From Candidatus Gottesmanbacteria bacterium (GTDB taxonomy: Bacteria > Patescibacteriota > Microgenomatia > 2-02-FULL-39-11): a stretch of DNA of 64,000 nucleotides. Below, one piece after another: positions 19,680 through 29,716 of the stretch; within the stretch, counting starts at the first letter, position 1, and each line of letters opens with the position of its first letter. The notes below the pieces were generated by a model. The model was not told the origin of the DNA and did not search any database. It worked only from the letters and a program-made list of their open reading frames with translations. The translations under genes and the position numbers were made by a program. The stretch lies in assembly GCA_016195685.1 (NCBI GenBank), contig JACPZE010000020.1:85725-149724 (forward strand). Direction: 5' to 3'.

Positions 19680-21184
19680 CGATAATAAAAGGAAAGATAG
19701 TCAAAGGCGTTGCAGCTTTAATCTCCAGAACCTTTATTATTCAAGTCATTACTCAGATAGCCAACTTGGTTCTTCTTGCATTATTATCACAATACGAATA
19801 CGGGATTTATTGGATAGTTATAGCTATAATCTCGTTTCTTTCGTATTTTTCGGATATAGGTCTTGCGGCAGCGTTAATACAAAAAAAAGAAGATCCTACG
19901 CGGCAGGATTTAGTCACAGCTTTTACAATTCAGCAAATATTAGTTGGAATCATAGTAATTTTCACTTTTGTTTATACGCCTTCTCTAAGCTCATTTTTCC
20001 ATCTGACTCAAGATACTGAATTTGTGATAAGAGCTTTTATAATATCCTTTTTCCTTTCCTCATTGAAAACTATTCCATCAGTTATTCTTGAAAGAAAGCT
20101 GGATTTTACCAAACTTATTTTGCCTCAAATTTTTGAGACAGCTGCTTTTTATTTAGTTACTATTATTTTGGCTCTATCGAATTTTGGTGTAGCAAGTTTT
20201 GCGTGGGCAGCAGTAGTTAGGGGAATCGTTGGGCTAGTTGCGATTTATCTCATTAATCCTTGGCCCATAGGAATTGGTATTTCAAGAAAATCAATTCGTC
20301 ATTTGTTAACTTTTGGAATTCCTTTTCAGCTGAACTCATGCTTGGCACTTATAAAAGATGACTTGATGACTTTATTTCTGGGGCGAATACTTAGCTTCAG
20401 CAGAGTTCATTTTATTCCCCCAACAGTAGCTTGTGCGAAAGCTCCTAACATATGTGAAATTGGTTATATAGGTGTAGCAAAGAGAAATGCTGAAATTTCT
20501 CTTAAGTTGGTTATGGATAATGTTATTAGAGTAACTTTTCCAGTATATTCCAGACTCCAAAAAGATATGGAAATTTTAGGTAAAGCTGTACAAAAATCAT
20601 TAACTTTCTTAGCATTGCTGATAATTCCATCAAATATTATCTTAGCGATATATATAAAACCTATAATGCATTTGATACCAAAATATGCGAAATGGGAACC
20701 GACACTTTTTTCATTTTATTTCTTTTCTTTTTCTTCTGTGATGTCCTCTTTTTCTACACCATTATTTAATGCACTCAATGCAATTGGAAAAGTTAAAACG
20801 ACTTTGATTCTTATGATTTTTTGGACGACTCTAACTTGGATTTTGTATCCAATTTTTGTTTACTTTTATGGATATAATGGAGTCTCCATGGCTGCATTTG
20901 TAATCTCATTTACGGCTATTATTCCTGTATTTATAATGAAAAAGTTCGTTCAATTTTCCGTAATCTCATCTCTGTATAAACCCGTAATAATTTCTTTTAT
21001 AACAGCATTACCGGCATTTATTCTCATGAAATTATCACAAGACTTGCTATTGGTTATATTTTCTCTAGCTTTAACTTTTGGCATATATACTTTACTGGTA
21101 TGGCTTTGGATGGGAGAGGATGTTAGACCATACCTGCCTCATCAGTTGGCAGGTTTGCCAAAATTCTTCAAGCGCAACAAGTGA
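19661..21184 (+). CDS. wzx: Oligosaccharide flippase (Wzx/WzxC-like, MOP superfamily)
   Basis: L...EYG, FSDIGLAAALIQKK, LERKLDF, L..FG, V.FP.YSRLQ.D, KW; about 12-14 TMs. Confidence 0.88.
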   Translation: MEEVELAIIKGKIVKGVAALISRTFIIQVITQIANLVLLALLSQYEYGIYWIVIAIISFLSYFSDIGLAAALIQKKEDPTRQDLVTAFTIQQILVGIIVIFTFVYTPSLSSFFHLTQDTEFVIRAFIISFFLSSLKTIPSVILERKLDFTKLILPQIFETAAFYLVTIILALSNFGVASFAWAAVVRGIVGLVAIYLINPWPIGIGISRKSIRHLLTFGIPFQLNSCLALIKDDLMTLFLGRILSFSRVHFIPPTVACAKAPNICEIGYIGVAKRNAEISLKLVMDNVIRVTFPVYSRLQKDMEILGKAVQKSLTFLALLIIPSNIILAIYIKPIMHLIPKYAKWEPTLFSFYFFSFSSVMSSFSTPLFNALNAIGKVKTTLILMIFWTTLTWILYPIFVYFYGYNGVSMAAFVISFTAIIPVFIMKKFVQFSVISSLYKPVIISFITALPAFILMKLSQDLLLVIFSLALTFGIYTLLVWLWMGEDVRPYLPHQLAGLPKFFKRNK

Positions 21185-22851
21185 AAAAATATCTTATACT
21201 TTTGCTTTTTATTATTTCTTTTTCGCCATCAAATGTTTTAGCTTTTGAAACGAATCATTATGTGACTATAGTTCATCCGGTCAGGGGAAGAAATCTCTGG
21301 CAATCAGATGAATCCGTAAAAAACCAGATCAACCTGATAAGAAAGAATCACCTTCCATCGACATGGTTACTACAGTATGACGTCATTACTGATAACCAAA
21401 ACTCAAAGTTGTTTAAAGAATTACCCGTTAATCAGGAGTTAGGCGTTTTCCTTGAAGTGAGTGAGAGGCTTGCTACAGACTCAAATGTTCCCTATATATA
21501 CGGAAGTGGAGATTGGGCTCGAGCCGATAAAGTTCTTTTTTCTGGTTATACCCCTGCTGAACGAGAACGGATGATAGATATTCTTTTTGAAACATTTAAG
21601 GATAGATTTGGATACTACCCTGTATCTGTCGGGGCATGGTATATCGATACTGTATCACTTAATTATTTATCACAAAAATATAAAATTAAGGCTGCCATGG
21701 ATGTATCGGATCAATATCAAACAGACACTTATGGTGTATGGGGTCAACCCTGGGGGGCGCCTTATTATCCATCTCAATTTAACTCAATTATGCCTGCAAA
21801 TAGTATTGCCGATCGTTTGGATATGGTGAAAATTCAATGGGCTGCCAGGGATCCTGTTCGTGGATATGGGTTAAAAGCTACAGATTCCATATACAGCGTA
21901 CAGGCGAATGATTATGTTGGAAACAACTTGAATACCACTTATTTCCAAAAACTTGCTCAAGCATACCTCTTATTTCCTAATCCAATTACCCAACTAACAG
22001 TTGGATTAGAAGCCGGTCAGGAAGGTGCAGTTTATTATGATGAGTATGAGAAACAATTAAGCTTTTTGGTCGATCTTGCCCAAAAAGAAAATTTATCCTT
22101 CCTTACAATGTCATCTTTTGCAAAAGATTATCAAAAACAGTTTCCAAATTATTCACCAAGTTTTTTTGTCCATGATACCGATGTTTCAAATCCTCATATT
22201 GAAGCGTTTTGGTATTCAAACAAGTCTTATCGTATCGGGTTATTACTGAAGGATAAAAGTTTATTTATAAGAGACCTACGTCTATATAATATTCCATTCC
22301 TTTATGGTGATATCTTCACAAACGATAAAAATCACTTATTGAAAAGAGTAATTCCTGCAATTATAGATGAAGCTTTAAATCATAATGAAATAATGTTGAT
22401 GTCTCATATTAATAAAATTGACTTACAACGGGATGGGGACAATCTTTATTTACTATTGGTAGACGAAGCGGGTAGTAAACATAAAATATCTTTTACCAAT
22501 GAAAGTATATTATTAGATCAAAAACAGGTTTTAAAAACTCCAAAGATGGCGAATTATATCACGCAAATATTAACTAAAGTATTGATGTCATATTGGATAA
22601 ATTACCCCCATAGCTGGATTGGCGGCTGGAGATATTCATCTATCGAAGGCAAATTTTATTTATGGTTTATGATAAAACCCGATAGATTAATAGGTATAAA
22701 ATCGGAAATGCCCTTTTTAGGGATTTTTAAATTTCCATTTCAGGTACTTGTACGGTTCAAAAGTCTGCCTCAAATAGATCTTTCAAGATTAATTAGTGTT
22801 TATTTGGTGAATAGAATAAACCATAGTACAATCAAATTAACCGTAAATTAA
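21181..22851 (+). CDS. Exported protein with putative polysaccharide deacetylase/GH57-like barrel
   Basis: Signal-peptide-like N-terminus (MKKYLILLLFII...VLA), TWLLQYD, ELGVFLE, GY...ER..MID..F..FK..FGYYP.SVGAW; GTGA overlap with wzx. The fold call is inference. Confidence 0.45.
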   Translation: MKKYLILLLFIISFSPSNVLAFETNHYVTIVHPVRGRNLWQSDESVKNQINLIRKNHLPSTWLLQYDVITDNQNSKLFKELPVNQELGVFLEVSERLATDSNVPYIYGSGDWARADKVLFSGYTPAERERMIDILFETFKDRFGYYPVSVGAWYIDTVSLNYLSQKYKIKAAMDVSDQYQTDTYGVWGQPWGAPYYPSQFNSIMPANSIADRLDMVKIQWAARDPVRGYGLKATDSIYSVQANDYVGNNLNTTYFQKLAQAYLLFPNPITQLTVGLEAGQEGAVYYDEYEKQLSFLVDLAQKENLSFLTMSSFAKDYQKQFPNYSPSFFVHDTDVSNPHIEAFWYSNKSYRIGLLLKDKSLFIRDLRLYNIPFLYGDIFTNDKNHLLKRVIPAIIDEALNHNEIMLMSHINKIDLQRDGDNLYLLLVDEAGSKHKISFTNESILLDQKQVLKTPKMANYITQILTKVLMSYWINYPHSWIGGWRYSSIEGKFYLWFMIKPDRLIGIKSEMPFLGIFKFPFQVLVRFKSLPQIDLSRLISVYLVNRINHSTIKLTVN

Positions 22852-22856
22852 AGTCT

Positions 22857-23762
22857 ATGATTTCTGCTGTTGTTCATACCTATAACGAGGAAAAAAACAT
22901 CGAACGCTGTCTGTCTTCGCTTTCTTTCGTTGACGAGATCGTACTGATAGATATGGATTCAAAAGATCGTACAAGGGAAATTGCATCCAATTACAAAGCG
23001 AAAATATTTAATCATCCTTATACTGGATTTGTAGAGCCTGCTAGAAATTTTGGCATTCAAAAAGTTCTTGGATCTTGGGTTTTGATAGTGGATGCGGATG
23101 AAGAAATATCGAAAACTTTAGCTGATAAACTTATTTCTATTTCAAGAGAGAAGCGGGTCGACTATTGTCGAGTAGCAAGAAAGAATATAATTTTTCACAA
23201 ATGGATTAAGCATTCTGGTTGGTGGCCCGATTATCAGATCCGATTTTTTAAAAAGGGATGCGTATCTTGGAGTGAGAAAATTCACGGTGTCCCGTTGACT
23301 CGCGGAACTGGCTTAGATTTAGAAGCAAATTCAGATTTAAGCATAAGTCATTATAACTACCAAACAATAGAGCAATACATCGCTAGGTTGAATCGGTATA
23401 CAAATATTTCCGCGAAAGAATTTTTTTTGTCGAATAAAAAATTTTCTTATCGTGATGTGGTAAATCTCTCAAGTAAGGAATTTATCAATAGATACTTAGT
23501 GTGGGAAGGATATAAAGATGGTATTCACGGCTTAGCCTTAGCCTTTTTGCAGTCATTATCCGAAGTAGTAACTTATTTAAAATTGTGGGAGTTAGAAAAT
23601 TTTAAAGAGGAGCGAATTTCTTTATTGGAATCAAAAGAGGTAATATCTGATGGGCAAAACGAAACTCAATATTGGTTTTATAACACTCTTCTTAAAGAAC
23701 CGCATGATTTTATCAGTGATTTGATTTGGAGATTAAAAAGGAAATTATCTCAGCATGGATAA
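22857..23762 (+). CDS. GT2 glycosyltransferase (WaaE/KdtX beta-1,4-glucosyltransferase-like)
   Basis: TYNEE.NI..CL, DEIV.ID..S.D.T, W.L.VDADE, RKN, W.PDYQ.R, DG.HG. Confidence 0.85.
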   Translation: MISAVVHTYNEEKNIERCLSSLSFVDEIVLIDMDSKDRTREIASNYKAKIFNHPYTGFVEPARNFGIQKVLGSWVLIVDADEEISKTLADKLISISREKRVDYCRVARKNIIFHKWIKHSGWWPDYQIRFFKKGCVSWSEKIHGVPLTRGTGLDLEANSDLSISHYNYQTIEQYIARLNRYTNISAKEFFLSNKKFSYRDVVNLSSKEFINRYLVWEGYKDGIHGLALAFLQSLSEVVTYLKLWELENFKEERISLLESKEVISDGQNETQYWFYNTLLKEPHDFISDLIWRLKRKLSQHG

Positions 23763-24684
23763 GGCAGCTATAATCATCGTCCACTATAAAAACGAGAAAG
23801 ATACCTTGGAGTGTTTGAATTCTATCTTTATAAATCATTCATCAAATAAAAAGGTACAGGTCATCGTCGTTATAAATCCTCCGTATGTATCAGAGTCGGT
23901 AGGCAAAAATGATAGTTTTAAAACAATCTTAAGAAAAAAATACCCTCAAGTAATTGTTATTGAAAATAATACTAATACAGGTTTTGCTCAGGCTAATAAC
24001 ATTGGTATTCAGAAAGCCCTAGATTTGGAGTGTGAATATATACTTTTACTAAATAACGATACCATTGTTTCTCTTGAGCTTTTAGATAAATTGATTAAGT
24101 ATGCAAAATCTGATTCAAAAGTTGGTGTCATGTCTCCAAAAATTTATTTTGCAAAAGGTTTTGAATACCATAAAGATAGATATAAAGATAAAGAAAAAGG
24201 AAAAGTAATATGGTACGCTGGTGGTAAGATTGATTGGGCAAATGTTTATGCTTCTCACAAGGGCGTAGATGAAGTAGACGTTGGTCAATATGGTGAAACA
24301 TGCGAAACTGATTTCGCTACAGGGTGTTGTATGTTAATAACGCGTAAAACTATCGATAAAATTGGTCTTTTTGACTCAAAATATTTTTTGTATTATGAGG
24401 ATGTAGATTATTCTGTCCGAGTTAAAAATAATAATATGAAGGTAATTTATTTCCCCAAGGTTGTTTTATGGCATAAAAATGCCTCATCATCTGGTAAACC
24501 TGGATCAAAAATGCATATTTACTATCAAAACCGCAACCGACTCTACTTTGGGTTTAAATATGCCACTAGCAAAACAAAAAAATCCCTTTTTTGGGATAGT
24601 TTGAGATTACTGATCAAAGGCGGAGTATACACAAAGAGTACAATGGATTACCACTTGGGGAGACTTGGCAAGGCCAGTATATGA
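23755..24684 (+). CDS. GT2 glycosyltransferase (rhamnosyltransferase/WbbL-like)
   Basis: N.GFA..NN.GI, LLLNND, TGCCML, IGLFD.KYFLYYEDVD, WHK. Confidence 0.85.
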   Translation: MDKAAIIIVHYKNEKDTLECLNSIFINHSSNKKVQVIVVINPPYVSESVGKNDSFKTILRKKYPQVIVIENNTNTGFAQANNIGIQKALDLECEYILLLNNDTIVSLELLDKLIKYAKSDSKVGVMSPKIYFAKGFEYHKDRYKDKEKGKVIWYAGGKIDWANVYASHKGVDEVDVGQYGETCETDFATGCCMLITRKTIDKIGLFDSKYFLYYEDVDYSVRVKNNNMKVIYFPKVVLWHKNASSSGKPGSKMHIYYQNRNRLYFGFKYATSKTKKSLFWDSLRLLIKGGVYTKSTMDYHLGRLGKASI

Positions 24685-25436
24685 ATATAAGCGCGATCAT
24701 TATTAGCCGAAATGAAGAAGAAAATATCTCTGCATGTATAAAAGCACTGGATTTTGCTGACGAGATTATCGTAATTGATAATTGCTCTTCCGACAATACT
24801 CGTGAATTGGCAGAAAAGTCGGGAGCTAAAGTCTATGAAATTTCAGGATTGGATTTTTCATATCTTAGAAATATTGGAAAAGAAAAAGCAGCGTCTCAGT
24901 GGCTACTGTATATTGATGCAGATGAAAGGGTGAGTAAAAATTTGTCTATAGAAATAAAAAAAGCAGTCAAAAATCCAGAAAGTAATTCTGCATTTTCTAT
25001 CGTCAGAAAAAACTATTTTCTAGGGAAACCTTCTCCAAAATTAGAAAGGATAAACAGACTTATCAAAAAAGACGCTTTAATCGGTTGGCATGGCTCGCTG
25101 CATGAAAGTCCAATAATAACCGGTTCAATTGGTGAATTACAATTCTATTTGTTACATTATACTCACAAGAATATTTCTTCAATGGTTGCCAAAACCAATG
25201 AATGGTCAGCTATAGAAGCGCAACTTTTATACAAGAGTAATCATCCTCTCATGAGAGAATGGCGTTTTTTTAGAATTTTGGTAACTTCTTTTTTCCGATC
25301 TTACATACAAAATCAAGCTTGGAAAATGGGGACAACAGGTTTTATAGAAAGTACTTATCAGGCATTTAGTAATTTCATTACATACGCCAAATTATGGGAA
25401 AAACAGAATAAATCTGAAGTTGCAAATGAAAAATGA
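24681..25436 (+). CDS. GT2 glycosyltransferase (WaaE-like)
   Basis: RNEEENI..C, DEIIVID..S.D.T, DFS.LRN, W.LYIDADE, RKNYFLG, LHE. Confidence 0.85.
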   Translation: MNISAIIISRNEEENISACIKALDFADEIIVIDNCSSDNTRELAEKSGAKVYEISGLDFSYLRNIGKEKAASQWLLYIDADERVSKNLSIEIKKAVKNPESNSAFSIVRKNYFLGKPSPKLERINRLIKKDALIGWHGSLHESPIITGSIGELQFYLLHYTHKNISSMVAKTNEWSAIEAQLLYKSNHPLMREWRFFRILVTSFFRSYIQNQAWKMGTTGFIESTYQAFSNFITYAKLWEKQNKSEVANEK

Positions 25437-26517
25437 AAAAGAAATAAAAAACTTAAAAATCGGCATTTATAGTCCATATCTCAATATTTTTGGTGGCGGA
25501 GAAAGATATATACTTTCGATTGCAAGAGCATTTAGCCAAGATAGCGAAGTCTATCTATACGCAGATAAAGATCTGAGTAAAAGATCCTTGGAGATATTTG
25601 GAATAAACCTAAAAAATACTCATTTGTTACCTTCTGATTTATTACTTCAACAGAATTTTCTTAAAAAATATGCTTATCTACACAAATACGATTTGTTTTT
25701 TTACATGAGTGATGGCAGCCTCTTTTTTTCCTCTGCAAAAAAGAATTTTCTCATAGTTCAGTCTCCTCTTCATATACCTAACAAAAATTTTCTTAATAGA
25801 ATGAAATTAGCTAACTGGAAGATAATTTGTTATTCACAGTTTATGAGAAATATAATCAGACAAAAATTAAACTGCGGCATAAAAAGTTTAACACTAGCAC
25901 CTTGTATCGACGTGCCGAACAAAAAGGAAAAAGTGACAAAAGATAATATTATTTTATCAGTAGGCCGATTTTTCCCATATCCTCACGATAAAAAACATGA
26001 AATTCTAGTAGATTTATTTAAAAAGTCATATAGTAAATACTTTTCTGGATGGAAATTAATAATTGCAGGAGGATTAACTGAAAAAGGCGGGGATGATATT
26101 TTCAGGCGTCTAAAAGATAAAAGTATAGGATATCCGATCGAGATTATGTCAAATCTTTCATCAGATAGATTATTAGAATTTTACCAAAAGTCTAAAATAT
26201 ACTGGCATGCTGCAGGATTTGGTGAAGATTTAACCACAAATCCTGAAAAAGCAGAGCATTTTGGAATAGCACCTCTTGAGGCGATGGCAAATGGTGTAGT
26301 TCCGATTGTCTTTAATGGTGGAGGACTTATGGATATTATTGATGGGGAAAATGGTGGTTATTTATGGAATACTTTGGAGGAACTAACGCAAAAGACGGTT
26401 AATTTAATCGTTGATGAAAAATTATTAACTCATCAGGAAAAATTGGTAAGAGCAGAGGCAAATAAATATTCCTGCGATCAATTTTATGGAAAATTGGAAA
26501 AAATTATTATTGAATAA
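25426..26517 (+). CDS. GT4 glycosyltransferase
   Basis: GGGERY, ILSVGRF, KK, YWHA.G, EHFGIAPLEAMA.G (EX7E). ATG 25426 preferred over TTG 25420. Confidence 0.88.
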   Translation: MKNEKEIKNLKIGIYSPYLNIFGGGERYILSIARAFSQDSEVYLYADKDLSKRSLEIFGINLKNTHLLPSDLLLQQNFLKKYAYLHKYDLFFYMSDGSLFFSSAKKNFLIVQSPLHIPNKNFLNRMKLANWKIICYSQFMRNIIRQKLNCGIKSLTLAPCIDVPNKKEKVTKDNIILSVGRFFPYPHDKKHEILVDLFKKSYSKYFSGWKLIIAGGLTEKGGDDIFRRLKDKSIGYPIEIMSNLSSDRLLEFYQKSKIYWHAAGFGEDLTTNPEKAEHFGIAPLEAMANGVVPIVFNGGGLMDIIDGENGGYLWNTLEELTQKTVNLIVDEKLLTHQEKLVRAEANKYSCDQFYGKLEKIIIE

Positions 26518-28780
26518 TATCTATCCGATATTATTGATAGGAACGGTTTTGTTATTTTTCTATCCTACTTTCCTGTCCAGACGGATTCCTATTCCAGCAG
26601 ATACAATTGTAGGGATGTATCATCCTTGGCGGGATGAGATTTGGGATAACTTTACAAGCGGTATACCATATAAGAATTTTCTGATTACAGATCCTGTAAG
26701 ACAGCAGTATGTCTGGCGGAAAATGGCGATAGAAGAGTTAAAAAAGGGAATTTTACCTGTTTGGAATCCCTATTCTTTTTCCGGATCACCTCTATTGGCT
26801 AACTTTCAATCTGCCGCATTTTATCCGCTTAATCTGCTGTATTTTGTCTTGCCGTTTAACATTGTTTGGACTTTGCAGGTCATATTACAACCGATACTTG
26901 CTTCTGTTTTTCTTTATTTATATTTAAGATATATCAAAGTAAGTAAAATGGGAAGCTTCTTCGGTGGGGTTACATTCGCATTCTGCGGATTTTCTATTGC
27001 ATGGTTGGAATGGAATACGATTATCCAAACAGTTTTATGGCTCCCACTAATACTTCTTGCCAAGGAAAAGTTATTAGCGAAAATAACAATTAAATGGTCA
27101 ATGATTCTTTTTTTTGCTGAAATTTCCTCATTTTTAGCAGGTCATATTCAGGTGTTATTTTATACCCTCATAGTTAGCAATTCTTATCTTTTTGTCAGAA
27201 TTATTCAGTTATCATTCAGAGACCAAAAAGGAAAAAATATTTTTAATTCGGTCTTTAAAAGATATATACTATTTCTATTCATTGGATTAATTGTTTTGTT
27301 AAGTACTTCTGTCCAATGGGCTCCAACTCTTCAATTTATATTACATAGCGCTCGGGATTTTGACCAGAGCTCATGGATGAAGGATGGATGGTTTATTCCA
27401 TGGCAAAATGCAATCCAATTTATAGCGCCTGACTTTTTCGGAAACCCGGCAACTGGAAATTATTGGGGTATATGGAACTATGGTGAATTTATTGGTTTTA
27501 TCGGTAGTGCTCCCTTAATTCTTGCCTGTTATAGTCTAATATTTAAAAAAGACAGGAAAGTCTTATTTTTTGGAAGCCTGGCTTTTTTAGGTGCTATTTT
27601 TTCTTTCCCTACACTATTAGCCAAGCTTCCTTTTATATTTAAAATTCCTTTTATATCCACAAGCCAACCAACTAGACTTATGGTGATTATAGATTTTGCA
27701 CTATGTATTTTGGCTGCATTCGGATTTGATCAGTTTGTTAAAGACAAAAAGCCACAAAAAATAATATTTCTTTTGGGTGTTTTTGCAGTATTGTTATTCT
27801 GTTTGTGGATAGTTGTCTTGAAATCTTCCATTTTTCATTTACAGATAAATTTCGAAAACTTAACAGTGATGAAAAACAATCTAATTATCCCAACAGCGTT
27901 TATGATTTTAAGTGCAATAGTCTTAATCTTCATTACTAAGGCGAAAAATAATTTTAAAAAAGCGGCAACAATGCTTTTTTTCGTAATAGTAATATTAGAA
28001 TTATTAAGGTTTGGATGGAAATTTACCCCATTTTCAAATGAGAATTGGATATTTCCGGAAACAAAAGCAATTTCATATCTGAGACAAAACGCTAATTATT
28101 ATAGAGTTATGTTTGTCGATAGAAGACTTATGCCTCCTAATTTTTCCATATATTATGGATTGTATGATGTGAGCGGCTATGACCCTTTGTACTTCCTTAA
28201 TTATGGTCAATTAGTGGCTGCATGGGAAAGAGATAAGCCAGATATTACACCAGCTTCGTTCAACAGAATCATTACTCCTTCTAAATTCGAAAACTTTATT
28301 ACAGATTTACTAGGTGTCAAATTCATCGTGAGCATGAATCCTTTGATATCATCAAAGCTCATCTTTATTCTTCAGGAAGGTAATACACATATATACGAGA
28401 ATAAAAACGTTTTTCCAAAAGTTTTCCTTACTGAGGATATTATAAGCGTGGATAATCCACAAGAAATTATTACAAAGATGTTTGAGTTAGGTGATAATTT
28501 AAGACGTGTTGCCGTTTTATCAGATAAAATTGATCATACATATCAAAAACTAATTGGGGGTGAAACAGCAAATATTACTTCTTATTTATCAAATAAAGTA
28601 GAGATAAAAGTAAAGTCTAATTCAACAAGATTATTAGTTTTGACCGATATTTATTCTCCATCATGGAAAGTTTTTATTGATGGAAAAAAGGAAAAATTAT
28701 ACCAAGTGGATTTTGCATTGCGCGGAGTTTTAGTTCCTAGCGGTAATCATAATGTAGAGTTTAGAGAGGATTTGCTATGA
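26486..28780 (+). CDS. YfhO-family GT-C membrane protein
   Basis: TDPVRQ, P.WNPY.FSG.PLLAN.QSA.FYP, AGH.Q, P.R, GYDPL, C-terminal LVLTD.Y.P.W...IDG...RGV.VP.G.H.V.F. Confidence 0.8.
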   Translation: MENWKKLLLNNIYPILLIGTVLLFFYPTFLSRRIPIPADTIVGMYHPWRDEIWDNFTSGIPYKNFLITDPVRQQYVWRKMAIEELKKGILPVWNPYSFSGSPLLANFQSAAFYPLNLLYFVLPFNIVWTLQVILQPILASVFLYLYLRYIKVSKMGSFFGGVTFAFCGFSIAWLEWNTIIQTVLWLPLILLAKEKLLAKITIKWSMILFFAEISSFLAGHIQVLFYTLIVSNSYLFVRIIQLSFRDQKGKNIFNSVFKRYILFLFIGLIVLLSTSVQWAPTLQFILHSARDFDQSSWMKDGWFIPWQNAIQFIAPDFFGNPATGNYWGIWNYGEFIGFIGSAPLILACYSLIFKKDRKVLFFGSLAFLGAIFSFPTLLAKLPFIFKIPFISTSQPTRLMVIIDFALCILAAFGFDQFVKDKKPQKIIFLLGVFAVLLFCLWIVVLKSSIFHLQINFENLTVMKNNLIIPTAFMILSAIVLIFITKAKNNFKKAATMLFFVIVILELLRFGWKFTPFSNENWIFPETKAISYLRQNANYYRVMFVDRRLMPPNFSIYYGLYDVSGYDPLYFLNYGQLVAAWERDKPDITPASFNRIITPSKFENFITDLLGVKFIVSMNPLISSKLIFILQEGNTHIYENKNVFPKVFLTEDIISVDNPQEIITKMFELGDNLRRVAVLSDKIDHTYQKLIGGETANITSYLSNKVEIKVKSNSTRLLVLTDIYSPSWKVFIDGKKEKLYQVDFALRGVLVPSGNHNVEFREDLL

Positions 28781-29688
28781 AAATTAGTGTAATAATTCCC
28801 AACTTTAACGGAGCCAATCTTCTAAAACAAAATTTGCCAAAAGTTTTATCTTCTGTTGAAGATAGTGAAATAATAGTCGTTGATGATGCCTCAACTGATA
28901 ATAGTGTAAATATACTTCATCAATATTTTCCTCAAGTAAAAATTATTGCGAAGGATAAAACCGAAGGATTTAGCAGTAGTGTAAATGATGGTGTGAGGAA
29001 GGCCTCAGGAGATTTAATAGTACTATTAAATAGTGATGTTTGGCCAAATGAAAATCTCTTAAAATTCTTGAAACCCTATTTTCAGGATCCGTTGGTATTT
29101 GCGGTTGGTTGTTTACAGAAGAGTATGAATAGAGAACAACTTAATAAGCAGGGAAGAGGAATAGGTCAATTCAAAGAAGGCTTCATGCTTCACGGTCCGG
29201 GTAAATACAACAAAACAAACACTCTTTGGGTTTTTGGTGGTGCTGGTATGTATAGGAAAAAAATTTGGAATGAGTTAGGTGGGATGGATCCGATTTATAA
29301 TCCATTTTACTGGGAAGATATCGATATATCATATCGAGCGATAAAAGCTGGTTTTAAGGTTTTATTTGAACCTAAAAGTATAGTAAATCATGAACAATCC
29401 ACAGGATCTATCCGCTCTTTTTACTCTCCCGACTTTATTAAGACAATTGCATATCGGAACCAGATTTTGTTTGTGTGGTTAAATATAACAGATTCAATGC
29501 TAGTACTTAAGCATATAATTTACTTGCCAATTCATATACTCAGAGCATTTTTCGCACGAAACTTTCCATTTCTGGATGGGTTATTGAAAGCTTTAATTAA
29601 ACTGCCAAAAGTTCTGAGAAAGAGGCAGTTGAACAAAAAATTAAATCAAAGAACAGATAGAGAAGTCTTGTTTGGTTTGGGGGAATAA
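28777..29688 (+). CDS. GT2 glycosyltransferase (rhamnosyl/galactofuranosyl-transferase-like)
   Basis: SVIIPNFNG, VVDDASTD, GF...VN.G, LLNSD, LGG.D..Y.PFYWEDID..YRA. Confidence 0.85.
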   Translation: MKISVIIPNFNGANLLKQNLPKVLSSVEDSEIIVVDDASTDNSVNILHQYFPQVKIIAKDKTEGFSSSVNDGVRKASGDLIVLLNSDVWPNENLLKFLKPYFQDPLVFAVGCLQKSMNREQLNKQGRGIGQFKEGFMLHGPGKYNKTNTLWVFGGAGMYRKKIWNELGGMDPIYNPFYWEDIDISYRAIKAGFKVLFEPKSIVNHEQSTGSIRSFYSPDFIKTIAYRNQILFVWLNITDSMLVLKHIIYLPIHILRAFFARNFPFLDGLLKALIKLPKVLRKRQLNKKLNQRTDREVLFGLGE

Positions 29689-29700
29689 GTTAAATTGTTA

Positions 29701-29709
29701 TGCTAAAAT
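29701..29709 (+). promoter_or_regulatory. Putative extended -10 (TGcTAAAAT) for a leaderless transcript heading the GT-C array
   Basis: TGCTAAAAT ends 7 nt before ATG 29717, in a 28-bp gap with no SD. Confidence 0.5.
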
Positions 29710-29716
29710 ACCAATT

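Noticed and set aside
20429-20444. Short hairpin-like AGCTT...AAGCT within the wzx insertion as a mobile or RNA element
   Set aside because: The stem is only about 5 bp, within chance expectation, and no target duplication is visible.
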